A stretch of 64,000 nucleotides of DNA from an uncultured beta proteobacterium (GCA_963705615.1 CAVPKE010000005.1:44839-108838); one strand, 5' to 3'; positions 49,568-62,179 are shown, numbered from the stretch's first letter. Notes: generated by a model from the sequence alone, not told the origin. Numbers and translations: made by a program.

Positions 49568-50409
49568 TCATCGGCCGAGAAACAACCTGGCCCCGTTGCG
49601 CCATGCGATCCTCTCCGCGACCTCGGGCGGCAGCTGTGACAGCCAGGCCCGATAGCTCTGCATGATCGCGGGCACATCAGGCCAGCGCTCCGGAACCCAG
49701 GTGTCGGAACCCAACAGGAAGCGCTCCGGATACTTCGCGAACAACGCGCGCCAGGCGGGAGACAGCGCATCGTCCTCTTCCGCGATTCCGCTCGCGGTAG
49801 GAGAGCTCGCCGTACAGCCTCGGGTAACGCCCGAGCAGCTCGTCGACGCGTGCCGGGGGCGTGCTCATGCCGGTGTGCGCCCAGATCACCCGGGCGTCCG
49901 GGTCGAGCGCGAAGATGCGCTCGATGACGTAGTCGTCGCAATGGGCGTGCAGCCACAGCCGATGCTGTGAAGCGAGCGCAACGAAGCGGGCGAAGCCTTC
50001 GCTGTCGGCATCGCGGCCGAATATGTGGAACTCGCCGATCCCCTTGTAGATGCCGCGCGCGAGCTCCTTCTGGATCATGGCCAGGATCGCCGGGTCGCGG
50101 AACCAGGTCCGAACATCCGATGCGACGACGTAGGGACGCGCGAAGGCGACGGCCTGGAACTCGGGCGGCGCGGCGGCCAGCAGCTCACGTGTCCCGTCGT
50201 TCGGACGGCTGGTCAGGAGCACGCCTCGGATACCGGCCCGCCGCCAGAGCTCGAACACGGTCTCGACGGGCACCGGGCGGCCGATGTCGAGGTTGTAGTG
50301 CACATGCGCGTCGAAGATCGGCAGTGAAGACACCTGCGCTCGCGCCGTGGCTGGCGCGGCGACCGAGAGTGCGACCAGCGCGCCCGGCCCAGATGCTGAT
50401 GCACCACAT
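49568..50409 (-). CDS. Amidohydrolase-family protein (probably exported), frameshifted
   Basis: IFDAHVHYN, GIGEFH, LHAH, WAHTG, ELSYR, GSDTW, IAWRNG.RLF. Confidence 0.78.
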
Positions 50410-50421
50410 CTGCTGCTCCGC

Positions 50422-51330
50422 CTAGCCGACCTCGGCCCTGACTTCCGACAGAATGCGCGCCGCCTCGCTGCCTTTGACGCGCGCGATGTCGTCCTGATAC
50501 TTCAGCAATGCGCCCAGCGTGTCGTCGATTAGACTCGGGTCCAGCGCCACTCGGTCCAGGGCCACCAGCGCCTTGGACCAGTCGATGGTCTCGGCCACCC
50601 CCGGGAGCTTGAACAGATCCATGCCGCGCAAGCGCTGCACGAAGGCGACCACCTCGCGCGACAGTCGGTCGGAGGCGCCGGGCGCTTTGCGCCGCAGAAT
50701 GTCCAGCTCGCGCTGTGCATCGGGGTAGTCCACCCAGTGGTACAGGCAGCGCCGCTTGACCGCATCGTGGATTTCGCGCGTGCGGTTGGAGGTGATCACG
50801 ACGATGGGCGGTTGCTGCGCCTTGATGGTGCCGATCTCCGGGATCGTCACCTGGAAATCCGACAGCACCTCGAGCAGGTAGGCCTCGAACGGCTCGTCGG
50901 TGCGGTCGAGCTCGTCGATCAGCAGCACCGGCGGCGCACCGAGGTCACCCTCCAGCGCCTGCAGGAGCGGACGGCGGATGAGGAAGCGCTCGGAGAAGAT
51001 GTCCTGGCTCAACCCCTCGCGGGATTTGACGCCCTCCGCTTCGGCCAGGCGGATCTCGATCATCTGCCGCGTGTAGTTCCATTCGTACACGGCCGAAGCG
51101 ATGTCCAGGCCCTCGTAGCACTGCAGGCGCACGAGCCGTCGACCCAGCGTCTGAGCCAGGACCTTGGCGATCTCGGTCTTGCCCACGCCGGCCTCGCCTT
51201 CCAGGAACAGCGGGCGTCCCATGCGCAGCGCCAGGAACACGGCGGTGGCGAGACCGCGCTCGGCCACGTAGTCGGCGCGCGCGAGCAGGTCGATCGTCTC
51301 GTCGATGGAGACGGGCGGGGGCTGAGACAA
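50422..51330 (-). CDS. coxD: MoxR-family AAA+ ATPase (CoxD-like)
   Basis: LEGEAGVGKT, RLQCYEGLD, LIDELDR, TSNRTREIHDA.KRRC. Confidence 0.9.
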   Translation of the reverse strand: MSQPPPVSIDETIDLLARADYVAERGLATAVFLALRMGRPLFLEGEAGVGKTEIAKVLAQTLGRRLVRLQCYEGLDIASAVYEWNYTRQMIEIRLAEAEGVKSREGLSQDIFSERFLIRRPLLQALEGDLGAPPVLLIDELDRTDEPFEAYLLEVLSDFQVTIPEIGTIKAQQPPIVVITSNRTREIHDAVKRRCLYHWVDYPDAQRELDILRRKAPGASDRLSREVVAFVQRLRGMDLFKLPGVAETIDWSKALVALDRVALDPSLIDDTLGALLKYQDDIARVKGSEAARILSEVRAEVG

Positions 51331-51336
51331 GAGAAG

Positions 51337-52139
51337 CTACTTGCCGAGCGCTGCTTGCACGGCGCGCTTGGCCATGACCGTGACCAGGTGCGCGCGATAT
51401 TCGCTGGACGCGTGAATGTCGGAGTTGAGCCCACCGGCGGAGACTTTGATACCGGCCACCGCGTCGGGCGAGAACTTCGACGCCAGCGCCTTCTCCATTT
51501 CGGGCACGCGGAACGCGGACGGCCCGGCGCCGGTGACGGCCACGCGTACACCGCTGCCGCCCTCGCTCACGAATACGCCAACGATGGCGTAGCGGGAGGC
51601 CGGGTTCTTGAACTTGGCGTAGCCGGCGCGCTTGGGCACCGGGAAACTCGATCGACGTGATGATCTCGCCCGGCTCGAGCGCGGTCTCGTACATGCCTTT
51701 GAAGAATTGATCGGCCGCGATCTTGCGCTTGTTGGTGTTCACGGTCGCGCCCAGGCCCAGCACCCCGGCCGGGTAGTCGGCGGCCGGATCGTTGTTGGCG
51801 ACGGAGCCGCCGATGGTGCCCATGTTGCGCACCATGCGGTCGCCGATGCTGGCGGCCAGCGCCGCCAGCGCCGGAATGGACTGCATCACCTCTTTGGAGG
51901 CGGCCACCTCCGCGTGGCGGGTCATCGCGCCGATGGACAGCGTGCCGCCGTCGGCCTTGATGCCGCGCAGCTCCGCGAGCGCCCCCAGGTCCACCAGGTC
52001 CGGCGGTGCGGCGAGGCGCAGCTTCATGGCTGCGATCAGGGTCTGGCCGCCGGCCAGCAGCTTGGCGTCGGGATTGCGGGCCAGCAACGCCGCCGCATCG
52101 GCGACGCTCGCAGGCCTTGTGATAGTTGAACTGATACAT
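51337..52139 (-). CDS. coxM: Molybdenum hydroxylase FAD-binding medium subunit, frameshifted
   Basis: LAGGQTL...MKLRLA.P, IGAMTRH, VRNMGTIGGS.ANNDPAAD, NPASRYA. Confidence 0.88.
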
Positions 52140-52157
52140 GGTCTATCTCCTCTGCGA

Positions 52158-54527
52158 TCAGGCTGCGTTGCGCGTCTTGGTCTGCTGGAGCGCGCGCCAC
52201 ACGCGCTCGGGCGTGGCCGGCATCTCCAGGTCGCGCACGCCCAGCGCGTCGGTTAGGGCGTTCATCACCGCGGCTGGCGCGCCGATGGCACCGGCTTCGC
52301 CGCAGCCTTTTACCCCGAGGGGGTTGTGGGTGCAGGGCGTTTCCTTGGTGTCGAGCTTGAAGCTGGGCACGTCGTCGGCGCGCGGCATGCAGTAGTCGAG
52401 CAGGCTGCCGGTGACGAGCTGGCCGCTTTCCTTGTCGTAGCGGCAGCCTTCCAGCAGCGCCTGGCCGATCCCCTGAGTCAGCCCGCCGTGCACCTGTCCG
52501 GCCACGATCATCGGGTTGATGATCTTCCCGAAGTCGTCCACCGCAGTGAAGCTCACGATTTCCGTGCTGCCGGTGTCCGGATCGACCTCCACTTCGCAAA
52601 TGTAAGTGCCGGCGGGAAACGTGAAGTTCGTCGGGTCGTAGAACGCGTTCTCGTTGAGCCCGGGCTCCAGCTTGTCCAGCGGGTAGTTGTGCGGTACATA
52701 AGCGGTCAGCGAGACTTGCGCGAAAGGGACTTGCTTGTCGGTGCCGGCCACCTTGAACATGCCGTCGGTGAACTCCACGTCGGCCTCGGCCGCTTCCATC
52801 AGATGCGCGGCGATCTTCTTGCCCTTGGCGATCACCTTGTCCACGGCCTTCATGATCGCCGTTCCGCCGACGGCGATGGAGCGCGAACCGTAGGTTCCCA
52901 TGCCGAACAGGATACGGCCGGTGTCGCCGTGCACGATGTCGACGTCGTCGATGGGAATGCCGAACCGGCTCGCCACCACCTGCGCGAAAGTCGTCTCGTG
53001 CCCCTGGCCGTGGGAGTGCGATCCGGTGAACACCGTCACCTTGCCGGTTGGATGCACGCGCACCTCTCCCGCCTCGAACAGGCCGGCGCGCGCTCCCAAC
53101 GAGCCAGCGACGTTGGACGGGGCGATGCCGCAGGCCTCGATGTATGCGGCGTATCCCAGGCCGCGCAGCTTGCCCCGCGCTGCGGCTTCTTGTTTGCGTG
53201 CGGGGAAGCCGGAAACGTCGGCCAACTTCATCGCCTCGCCCAGCGTCGCCTCGTAGTTGCCGGTGTCGTACAGCAGCGCTACCGGCGTCTGATAGGGAAA
53301 CTCGCGGATGAAATTGCGCCGCCGGATCTCGGCCGGATTGAGCTTCATCTCGCGCGCAGCCGTCTCCACCAGGCGCTCCACCACGTAAGTGGCTTCCGGG
53401 CGGCCGGCGCCGCGGTAAGCGTCGACCGGCGCCGTGTTGGTGAATACGGCGGTCACCTCGCAGTAGATCAGCGGCGTGGTGTACTGACCCGCCAGCAGTG
53501 TTGCGTACAGGATGGTCGGGATGCACGACGCAAAGGTGGAGAGATAGGCGCCCATGCTGGCGGTGGTCTGCACGCGCATGGCCAGAAACTTGCCGTCCTT
53601 GTCCAAGGCCAGCTCGGCGTGGGTCAAGTGATCACGACCATGCGCGTCGCTCAGGAAGGACTCGCTGCGCTCCGCCGTCCACTTGACCGGGCGGTTGATC
53701 TGCCGGGAGGCCCACGTCACCACGACGTCCTCGGCATACAGATATATCTTGGAGCCGAAGCCACCGCCCACGTCCGGCGCGATGACCCTCACCTTGTGCT
53801 CCGGTAGCCCGAGCACGAACGCGGTCATGAGCAGCCGCTCTACGTGCGGGTTCTGACTGGTCACGTACAAGGTGTAGCTGTCCTCGGCCCGGTTGTAGCT
53901 CGCCAGCGCGGCGCGCGGCTCGATTGCATTGGGTATCAGCCGGTTGTTGACGAAGTCGAGCTTGGTCACGTGATGCGCCGAGGCGAAGGCCTTGTCCACG
54001 GCCGCCTTGTCGCCCAGCGCCCAAACGTAGCAGGTGTTGTCCGGGGCGATCTCGTGTAGGGCTGGCGCGCCTTTCTTGCGTGCGTCCGCCACGTCCACCA
54101 CCGCCGGAAGCACGTCGTAATCCACGTCGACCAACTCGCCGGCATCCTTGGCTTGCAGGTACGAGTCTGCGATCACCACCGCGACATGGTCGCCCACGTA
54201 ACGCACCTTGCCCTGCGCCAGACACGGATGAGCGGGTTCCTTCATGGGCTGGCCGTTGACATCGGTGATGAGCCAGCCGCAAGGCAGGCCCGCCACCTTG
54301 GCTGCGGCCAAATCCTCGCCGGTGAACACCGCGACTACGCCGGGCGCTTTGAGCGCCTTGTCTTTGTTGATGCGCTTGATCGCCGCGTGCGCGTGCGGCG
54401 AGCGGACGAAATAGGCGTAGGTCTGGCGATCGAGCTGGACATCGTCGGTGTAGGTTCCGCCGCCGGTTAAGAAGCGATAGTCTTCCTTGCGCTTGACCGC
54501 GGTTCCGATCAGGTTCATCTCGCCCAT
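52158..54527 (-). CDS. coxL: Molybdenum hydroxylase large subunit, form II CoxL type
   Basis: [23 protein letters not shown], active-site [10 protein letters not shown] (form II), GQGHET, KGCGEAG. Confidence 0.92.
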   Translation of the reverse strand: MGEMNLIGTAVKRKEDYRFLTGGGTYTDDVQLDRQTYAYFVRSPHAHAAIKRINKDKALKAPGVVAVFTGEDLAAAKVAGLPCGWLITDVNGQPMKEPAHPCLAQGKVRYVGDHVAVVIADSYLQAKDAGELVDVDYDVLPAVVDVADARKKGAPALHEIAPDNTCYVWALGDKAAVDKAFASAHHVTKLDFVNNRLIPNAIEPRAALASYNRAEDSYTLYVTSQNPHVERLLMTAFVLGLPEHKVRVIAPDVGGGFGSKIYLYAEDVVVTWASRQINRPVKWTAERSESFLSDAHGRDHLTHAELALDKDGKFLAMRVQTTASMGAYLSTFASCIPTILYATLLAGQYTTPLIYCEVTAVFTNTAPVDAYRGAGRPEATYVVERLVETAAREMKLNPAEIRRRNFIREFPYQTPVALLYDTGNYEATLGEAMKLADVSGFPARKQEAAARGKLRGLGYAAYIEACGIAPSNVAGSLGARAGLFEAGEVRVHPTGKVTVFTGSHSHGQGHETTFAQVVASRFGIPIDDVDIVHGDTGRILFGMGTYGSRSIAVGGTAIMKAVDKVIAKGKKIAAHLMEAAEADVEFTDGMFKVAGTDKQVPFAQVSLTAYVPHNYPLDKLEPGLNENAFYDPTNFTFPAGTYICEVEVDPDTGSTEIVSFTAVDDFGKIINPMIVAGQVHGGLTQGIGQALLEGCRYDKESGQLVTGSLLDYCMPRADDVPSFKLDTKETPCTHNPLGVKGCGEAGAIGAPAAVMNALTDALGVRDLEMPATPERVWRALQQTKTRNAA

Positions 54528-54530
54528 GGC

Positions 54531-55004
54531 TCAGCTCCTCATCGCCTGTGCGCCAGCCTGCACGGCCTTCACGATGTTGTGGTAGCCGGTGCAGCGGCAG
54601 ATGTTGCCGTCCAGTTCGGCGCGGATGGTGGCCTCGGTCAGACTGGAATGACGCTTGGCGAGGTCGATGGCGCTCATCACCATGCCCGGCGTGCAGAACC
54701 CGCACTGCAGACCGTGATGGTCGCGGAACGCCTCCTGCATGGGGTGCAGCTTGCCGTCGGCCGCGGCGATCCCCTCGATGGTCACGATGTTGGCGCCCTG
54801 GGCCTGCATGACGAGCATGTTGCAGGACTTCACGGCGGCGCCGTTCATGTGGATGGTGCAGGCGCCGCACTGGGCCGTGTCGCAGCCGACATGGGTACCC
54901 GTCAGTCGCAGCTGCGCGCGGATGAAATCGACCAGCAGCGTGCGCGGCTCGACCTCAGCCGTGACCGGCTTGCCGTTCACGGTCATGGAAACCTTGACTG
55001 ACAT
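54531..55004 (-). CDS. coxS: Molybdenum hydroxylase [2Fe-2S] small subunit
   Basis: GCDTAQCGACT, QCGFCTPG, GNICRCTGY. Confidence 0.92.
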   Translation of the reverse strand: MSVKVSMTVNGKPVTAEVEPRTLLVDFIRAQLRLTGTHVGCDTAQCGACTIHMNGAAVKSCNMLVMQAQGANIVTIEGIAAADGKLHPMQEAFRDHHGLQCGFCTPGMVMSAIDLAKRHSSLTEATIRAELDGNICRCTGYHNIVKAVQAGAQAMRS

Positions 55005-55193
55005 GGATCTCCTCCTGTTGGTTTGCGTTTTCGCCCGCTGGTCCACGCGCCGAGTCGAGGGCTGCGGATCGTCACCGAGTCTTTGCCTGACCTGCCGGAA
55101 GAACAATGCGAGGAGGCACGGCGTTGCCCGGGAACCGATGATGCTACGCCTGCGGTCGGGGCTTATCAACCGAGGCGCGGCTTGCTGACGTCT

Positions 55194-56300
55194 CTAAGCC
55201 AGCAGATCGCGCACGTATTCCCCGATCGCCAGCGATGCGGTGAGCCCCGGCGATTCGATGCCGTAGAGGTTCACCAGTCCCGCTACGCGGTGATCCCGGG
55301 GTCCCTGAATGACGAAATCGGCCGCTGCATCCCCCGGCCCCGAGATCTTCGGGCGGACACCCGTATAGCCGGGCGTGAGCTGACCGTCCTTCAGACCCGG
55401 GGTAGTAGCGGCGGATCGCCTCGTAGAACAGCGGCTCGCGCGAGTGATCGAAGGCGTAGTCCACGCCGTCCACCCAGCTCACGTCAGGTCCGAAGCGAGC
55501 CTGACCTGCGAGGTCGAGGGTCACGTGCACGCCGAGGAACGCATTGCGTCGCCACCGGGTAGACCAGGCGGTGGAACGGCGACTTGCCCGACAGGGCGTA
55601 GTAGTGCGCCTTGGCGAAGTACTGTGGCGGGACACTCGCGGACGGAAGGCCGGCGATGGAGCGCGCGACGTTCTGCGCGAACAAGCCAGCGGAGTTCACG
55701 ACTGCGTTGCAGGCGAGCGTCATGGGTTCAGCGCCGCCGACGCGCAACCAGATCTCGCCAGCGCGCACCTCACCCGATTGCACCGGGCTGAGCAACACGA
55801 CGCTGGCGCCGTGATCCTCCGCCTCGCCCTGCAGCGCGAGCATCAGGGCGTGGCTGTCGATGATGCCCGTCGAAGGGGAGACAAACCCGGCCACGCAGCG
55901 CACCTCGGGCTCCAGCTCGCGCAGCTCGTCCCGACTCAGCCAGCGCAGGTCGTTGACCGTGTTGGCTTCGGCTCTCTTGCACGTAGGACTTGAGCGCGTC
56001 GATCTCGGCCTCATCCGTGGCTACCACGATCTTGCCGATGCGCTGGTGCGGGACGCCGTGCTGTTCACAGTAGTCGTACAGCATGTGCTTGCCGGTCACG
56101 CACAGGCGCGCTTTGAGCGAGCCCGGGTTGTAGTAGAGCCCGGCGTGTATGACCTCGGAGTTGCGCGAGCTGGTGTGCGTGCCGATGCCCTCAGCCGCCT
56201 CCAGCACGATCACCTCGCGGCCGGCCAGTGCCAGCGCGCGAGCGATGGCGAGTCCGACCACGCCCGCACCGATCACAACGCATTCCACGCGCTCGGTCAT
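55194..56300 (-). CDS. FAD-dependent oxidoreductase (L-2-hydroxyglutarate oxidase LhgO-like), frameshifted
   Basis: [59 protein letters not shown]. Confidence 0.85.
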
Positions 56301-56498
56301 GACTGCGGACGCCCTGCTGCGCGCGCGCAGAGGTTGAAAACTGCGCTCGTCTCAAGGCTGGAAACCGTGTCCATATGCTTATCACCGCATCGAGCGCGCT
56401 AATCTTACCCGAGCAGCGAGCCGCTACGTCCGCGTCCGCCCCGCGTGGCGCTGTACCATACGCGCTTTTGTCCGTTGAGGCGGCGGTATTCTCCGGCG

Positions 56499-57658
56499 AT
56501 GGACACACGACGATCTCTACTGCTGCTGGCCAGCGCGGGCTTCGTGTCCGGACTGACCATGCGCCTGGCGGAGCCGCTGCTGCCGAAGGTTGCGCACGAC
56601 TTCGGCGTCAGCGTGGCCGCGGCCGCCGTGCTGATCACCGGCTTCACCTTCGCCTATGGGCTGTTCCAGCTGGTTCACGGTCCGCTTGGCGACAGGATCG
56701 GCAAGCTGCGAGCGGTCACCGTTGCTCTGCTGCTGACAGCGCCGGCCTGCGCTGCCTGCGCGCTCGCCCAGTCGTTGGAAAGTTTGGCGCTGTTTCGCTT
56801 CTTGACCGGGATGACTGCGGGGGCCGTGATCCCGCTGTCCTTCGCATTCGTAGGAGACAACGTGCCTTACCAGGGTCGACAGGCGCTGCTCGGGCGCTTC
56901 ATCGCGGGCAACCTGCTGGGACAGACGTTCGGCCCGCTGCTGGGCGGCGTGTTCAGCGACTCCATCGGCTGGCGCTCGACGTTCCTGGTTCCGGCGGCTG
57001 CGTTCCTGATCATCGGTCTGATGCTGCTTCCGCTAGCAGCTGCGCAAAGCGCCAAGCAGTTGAGCCGGGCTGCAGGCGTTAGCCCGGTGAGGCGATACGC
57101 CTCGCTGTTGCGGCTGCGCCGAGTGCGGATCGTGCTGCTTGCCGTTGCCATTGAAGGATTCCTGTTCTTCGGTGCGTTCGGTTATCTGGGAGCCTATCTG
57201 CGGCACGACTTCGGCCTGAGCTACACCGCCATTGGGTTCATCCTGGCGGGCTTCGGAGTCGGCGGGGTGGTCTACAGCGTGTCGGTGAGGATCCTACTGC
57301 TCCGGCTGGGCCAGCGCGGGCTGGTAGGAGCAGGTGGCGCGATGCTGCTGGTGGGCTTCGTCATCCTCGCGCTCGCTCCGGGGTGGGTCATTGGCGCGTC
57401 GGCCATCACGGCGCTCGGCCTGGCGTTCTATATGCTGCACAACACTCTGCAGACTCGCGCCACCGAAATGGCGCCCTGAAGCGCGCGGATCTGCAGTCTC
57501 TGCCTTTGCGTTCTGCCTGTTCTTGGGGCAGACGCTGGGCGTGTCCGCGGTCGGATTGGGAATCGAATATGTCGGCTACCGTCCGATGATTGGGATGACG
57601 GGCCTCGCGCTGGCGGCGCTGGCCTTCTGGTTTCGAAGCCGGCTCGCTCGACCTCTAG
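56499..57658 (+). CDS. MFS transporter, frameshift near 57475, 3' end approximate
   Basis: About 12 TM segments, GPLGDRIGK motif A, FGPLLGG, MAPEARGSA. Confidence 0.82.
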
Positions 57659-57709
57659 CTTTCCTAGCGCAGGTCTCGCAGCGAAGCGCTCTTCGCTCTT
57701 GGTTCGCGG

Positions 57710-58768
57710 TCAGTCGTCCGAGGCCGCCACGACCTTGTTGCGGCCCTGCTGCTTGGCCCGGTACATCGCCTTGTCGGCTTTGTCGATGATGACCTCGAGG
57801 CTGCCTCCGTCCGACGGGTAGCTCGCGATACCGACGCTGACTGTGGTGTGGATTTCGCCGCCGCGCACGTCCATGTTCGTGGTTTCTATGGCGCGGCGGA
57901 TGCGCTCTCCCATCTCTCTGGCGCCCTTGCCCTCGGTCTCGGGCAGCAGGGCGATGAACTCGTCGCCGCCGAAGCGGGCCACCACGTCCGAGCCTCTCAG
58001 CTCCTCGCGGATGCAGCGCACCGCGTGCTGAAGGAGTCGGTTGCCGGCTTCGTGGCCATGCGTATCGTTCACGGTCTTGAGGTTGTCGCAGTCGATCATG
58101 ACAATGGACAACGCGTGCGCGTGGCGCACCGACTGCTTGAACGCGCGGTGCAGGATGGCCGAGAATGCGCGCATGTTGTACAGGCCGGTCAAATCGTCGG
58201 TGTCGGACACACGCTTGATCTTGTCCACGGCGTAGCGGATGTCGGCCGAGAGCATGGTCGTGATGTAGGCCACCAGGATCACCGGCGCGAGCAGGGCCAG
58301 AAGCTCGCCCCAGTAGGCCACCGAGGCCAGGCTGCGCGTCTTCGGGTCGTAGTGCAGCGCCATGAAGCAAAGCGCGACGGCAACCATCTCGACGAAGGTC
58401 ATGACCTTGCCGAGGATCAGCGCGCTGGCGATGATGGGCAGCAGGTAGAGGTTGAGCAGCGGGCTATGGATGGCGCCGGCGTACCAGACCACCCAGGTGA
58501 TGAACAAGATCATCACCCAGGTTTCGAGCGCGATCTTGAGCCGGGTCTCCTGGCGGTAGAAGCGAACGTAGTGCAGCCCCAGAATGAATGCGGCGAAGAA
58601 GAACAGGGCCATGCTGATGGCCACCTTGCCTTCCTCGCTGGCGCCGCCGGCGACCAGATAGATGAGCGCCAGAACGAGCAGCAGCCATTCGATCTCCGCG
58701 GTGGTGCGCGCAAACCCCTTGAGCTCGTCCTGCTCGATGTTCAGGCCGATGTTTGGTCTTATCAGCAT
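57710..58768 (-). CDS. Membrane-bound diguanylate cyclase
   Basis: N-terminal TM bundle, D.LTGLYN, VNDTHGH.AG, RGSD I-site, RFGGDEF, ADKAMY.AK..GRN. Confidence 0.92.
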   Translation of the reverse strand: MLIRPNIGLNIEQDELKGFARTTAEIEWLLLVLALIYLVAGGASEEGKVAISMALFFFAAFILGLHYVRFYRQETRLKIALETWVMILFITWVVWYAGAIHSPLLNLYLLPIIASALILGKVMTFVEMVAVALCFMALHYDPKTRSLASVAYWGELLALLAPVILVAYITTMLSADIRYAVDKIKRVSDTDDLTGLYNMRAFSAILHRAFKQSVRHAHALSIVMIDCDNLKTVNDTHGHEAGNRLLQHAVRCIREELRGSDVVARFGGDEFIALLPETEGKGAREMGERIRRAIETTNMDVRGGEIHTTVSVGIASYPSDGGSLEVIIDKADKAMYRAKQQGRNKVVAASDD

Positions 58769-58996
58769 GTTCTTCTGTTATTTGCGTTGCGCCCCTGGAG
58801 TTGCCGGCTGGCGTTGCGCCGGCAACGCGACAAGTTACCCGTTTTCAGCCGGACATGTCGCCACCCGGTGTCTCCGACTGCCGGTCCCTGACGACAAACC
58901 GAGGGTCCGCCCGTTGCGTGGACGAGATGATATAAGAAGGTGGGACAGTTGGCGCCTCCAGCTGTAGAGCATCGTCCACCCGGAGAAGAGCTTGAG

Positions 58997-60159
58997 ATGA
59001 TCAGACAATCCCGTTGGCCTCGAAGCTTCGGGGTCATGGCACTGCTGCTGGCGCTGGCTGCCCTGCTGCAGGCGCGAGCGGCGCAAGTATATTACCCGGG
59101 GGCAGGCGACGAGTGGGAGCAGCGCGCGCCCGATGCCGTAGGCATGGACCCGGACAAGGTGGCGCAGGCCGTGAAGTTCGCGCAAGCCCACGAAGTGAAC
59201 TGGTTGCGCGATGTGCGCGCTCAGATCGAGGCAGACGTGGCCAGAGAGCCCTTTCCGCAGGTGCTTGGCGAGACCAAGGAGCGGGGCGGGCCGGCCGGCA
59301 TGATCGTCCGCTATGGCTACATCGTCGCCGAGTGGGGCGATGTCTACCGGGTGGACATGAGCTTCAGCGTCGCCAAGAGCTACTTGTCGAGCGTCGCAGG
59401 TCTGGCGGTGGATCGCGGGCTGATCCAAGACGTCAAGGACCCGGTATGGAAGTACGTGAAGGACGGCGGGTTCGACAGCCCGCACAACACCAAGATCACT
59501 TGGCACATGCTGCTGAACCAGACGAGCGAGTGGGAAGGGGTGCTGTGGGACAAGCCCGACGTCGCAGATCGGCGCCGCGGCTACGCTCGCGCTTGGAGGA
59601 GCCGGGCACCTTCTGGGAGTACAACGACGTGCGCGTGAACCGGCTCGCGCTGGCCTTGCTGCGAGTCTGGAACAAGCCGCTGCCGCAGATCTTCAAGGAA
59701 CAGATCATGGACCCCATCGGCGCAAGCGACACCTGGGTCTGGCACGGCTACCGCAACTCCTACGTGGAGCTCAACGGGCGCGCGGTGCAATCGGTCAGCG
59801 GCGGCAGCCATTGGGGCGGGGGCTTGTGGGCCAGCACCCGCGATCATGCGCGGTTCGGCTATCTGTTCCTGCGCGATGGCAACTGGAATGGTCGCCAGAT
59901 CCTTTCCCAGCGCTGGGTCCGCATGGCGACGCAGCCCACCGACATCGCCCCGCAATACGGGTACCTGTGGTGGCTTAACACGGGGCGCAAGACCGTGCCC
60001 AGCGCGCCCGAGTCGAGCTTCTTCGCCTTCGGTTCGGGCGGCAACGTGATCTGGATCGATCGGGACCACGATCTGGTGGTCGTGGTGCGCTGGCTGGACT
60101 TCGACCAGCTCAACGCATTCGCGAAGCTGGTTCAGGGATCAATCAGAAGTGAGCGATGA
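58997..60159 (+). CDS. Exported serine hydrolase (beta-lactamase family), frameshift near 59590
   Basis: Signal peptide, FSVAKS (SxxK), EPGTFWEYND, HARFG.LFL..G.W.G.QI, YGYLWWLN. Confidence 0.85.
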
Positions 60160-60221
60160 CTAATTAGAGCTCGTCGCAAAGCGCTGGCAGGCCCGGCCGT
60201 TGGATCAGACCAACGTGTTGT

Positions 60222-60250
60222 TTGACATCCGCAGCATCGGTTCCTATACT
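60222..60250 (+). promoter_or_regulatory. Sigma70 promoter of the rubrerythrin operon
   Basis: TTGACA, 17 bp spacer, TATACT. Confidence 0.8.
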
Positions 60251-60260
60251 GCGTTCAGCT

Positions 60261-60277
60261 GTTAGACTCAGTCTAAC
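60261..60277. promoter_or_regulatory. Palindromic operator (PerR/Fur-family-like)
   Basis: Perfect GTTAGACT-C-AGTCTAAC palindrome just downstream of the -10 element. Confidence 0.68.
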
Positions 60278-60354
60278 TCTAGGTTTCCCGGCGTCAGCCT
60301 CTCGCACCGAGCTCTCGCCGGGTTCTCGAAGCTCAACGACCCGAGGAGGCCAAC

Positions 60355-60777
60355 ATGAAAGCACTGAAAGGATCCAAGACCGAAGGCAACTTGAAGGACG
60401 CGTTTGCAGGTGAATCGCAAGCCAACCGCCGCTATCTCTACTTCGCCAACAAAGCCGACGTTGAAGGCCAGAACGACGTATCCGCCGTGTTCCGCTCCAC
60501 CGCTGAAGGCGAGACCGGTCATGCGCATGGCCACCTGGAATATCTGGAGGCCGTCGGTGATCCCGCGACCGGCCTGCCGATCGGCAAGTCGCGCTTGAAC
60601 CTGAAAGCCGCCATCGCCGGCGAGACTCACGAGTACACGGACATGTACCCGGGGATGGCCAAGCAGGCGCGCGAGGAAGGGTTCGACGAGATCGCCGACT
60701 GGTTCGAGACGCTGGCCAAGGCTGAGCGCTCCCACGCCAATCGGTTCCAGAAGGCGCTGGATGCGCTGGTCGACTGA
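60355..60777 (+). CDS. rbr: Rubrerythrin (short form lacking the rubredoxin domain)
   Basis: [40 protein letters not shown]. Confidence 0.93.
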   Translation: MKALKGSKTEGNLKDAFAGESQANRRYLYFANKADVEGQNDVSAVFRSTAEGETGHAHGHLEYLEAVGDPATGLPIGKSRLNLKAAIAGETHEYTDMYPGMAKQAREEGFDEIADWFETLAKAERSHANRFQKALDALVD

Positions 60778-60797
60778 AGTCGCTCCCGGGGCGCGGG

Positions 60798-60822
60798 GCG
60801 CGAGGCCTCGCGCTTTCGTTTT
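60798..60822 (+). terminator. Intercistronic hairpin, weak terminator
   Basis: GCGCGAG-GC-CTCGCGC followed by TTTCGTTTT. Confidence 0.5.
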
Positions 60823-60852
60823 CCTCCCTGTTTCCTGATCCCCGGACTGCTG

Positions 60853-62179
60853 ATGCGCGAAGGCAATCTCGAGCCGCCCAAGCGGCACCCCTTGGGCTGG
60901 CAGACGCCCGAGTTTTACGACGAAGGCCTGTTGTTGCACGAGCTGGAGCGGGTGTTCGACGTCTGCCACGGCTGCCGGCGCTGCTTCAACTTGTGCAATG
61001 CGTTTCCGACGCTGTTCGACCTGGTGGACGAAAGCAAGACGGGTGAACTGGACGCGGTCGAAAAGAAGGATTTCTGGAAGGTCGTCGATCAGTGCTACCT
61101 GTGCGACATGTGCTTCATGACCAAATGCCCGTACGTGCCGCCGCATCCGCTCAACATCGACTTCCCGCATCTTATGCTGCGGGCCAAGGCGGTGAAGTAC
61201 AAGAAGGGCGAGACCAGCTTGCGCGACAAACTGCTGTCCAGCACCGACGCGGTAGGAAAGCTGGCCACCATTCCGGTGGTGGTGCAGGCCGTGAACAAGG
61301 TCAACCGCACGCCGGCCACACGCAAGTTAATGGAAAGCGTGCTGGGGGTAGCGAAGGATCGCGTGCTGCCCGATTACACCAGCCGCAAGTTCCGCAGCCA
61401 CGCACATCCGCGCAGCGATGTCCCGGTCATCGATGGCCGCAACTCCCCGGGCAAGGCCGCGATTTTCGCTACTTGCTATGTCAACTACAACGAGCCGGGT
61501 ATCGGTCATGACCTGCTCGCGATCCTGGAGCACAACGGCATCCCCACTGTGCTGGTCGAGCAAGAGGCCTGTTGCGGCATGCCGAAGCTGGAGCTGGGCG
61601 ACCTCGAGTCGGTTGCTCGACTGAAGGCCGTCAACATTACCGCCGCTCGCCCGGCTGGCGGGGCAGGGTTACGCGATCCTCACACCGATTCCCTCGTGCA
61701 CCCTGATGTTCAAGCAGGAGCTGCCGCTCATGTTCCCTGACGACGAGGACGTGAAACGGGTGGCCGACGCCATGTTCGACCCCTTCGAGTATTTGTCCCT
61801 GCGTCACCGGGACGGGTTGCTCAAGACCGACTTCAAGAACGACCTGGGGAAGGTTTCCTACCACGTACCCTGCCACCTGCGCGTCCAGAACGTCGGCTTG
61901 CGCACTCAGGAGGTGTTGAAACTTGTGCCGGGGACGCAGGTCGATACCGTGGAGCGGTGCTCCGGTCACGACGGCACGTGGGGCGTGAAGAAGGAATTCT
62001 TCGCCGGTTCGATGAAGATCGGCCGGCCGGTGTTCAAGGCGATGGCGGCAACTTCGCCCACGTACATCAGCTCTGACTGCCCAATCGCCGGGCGCCACAT
62101 CCAGCAGGGTATCGGGCCCGAAGGGCAGGCCCGCAAGGAGCACCCGCTCACCCTGCTGCGGATCGCGTACGGCTTGTGA
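60853..62179 (+). CDS. Fe-S oxidoreductase (GlpC/HdrD-like with CCG domains), frameshift near 61640
   Basis: [29 protein letters not shown]...CPY, CCGMP, CSGHDG. Confidence 0.88.

Noticed and set aside
52158-54527. Bona fide (form I) aerobic CO dehydrogenase
   Set aside because: Active-site loop is AYRGAGR, not AYxCSFR, and gene order is S-L-M rather than M-S-L
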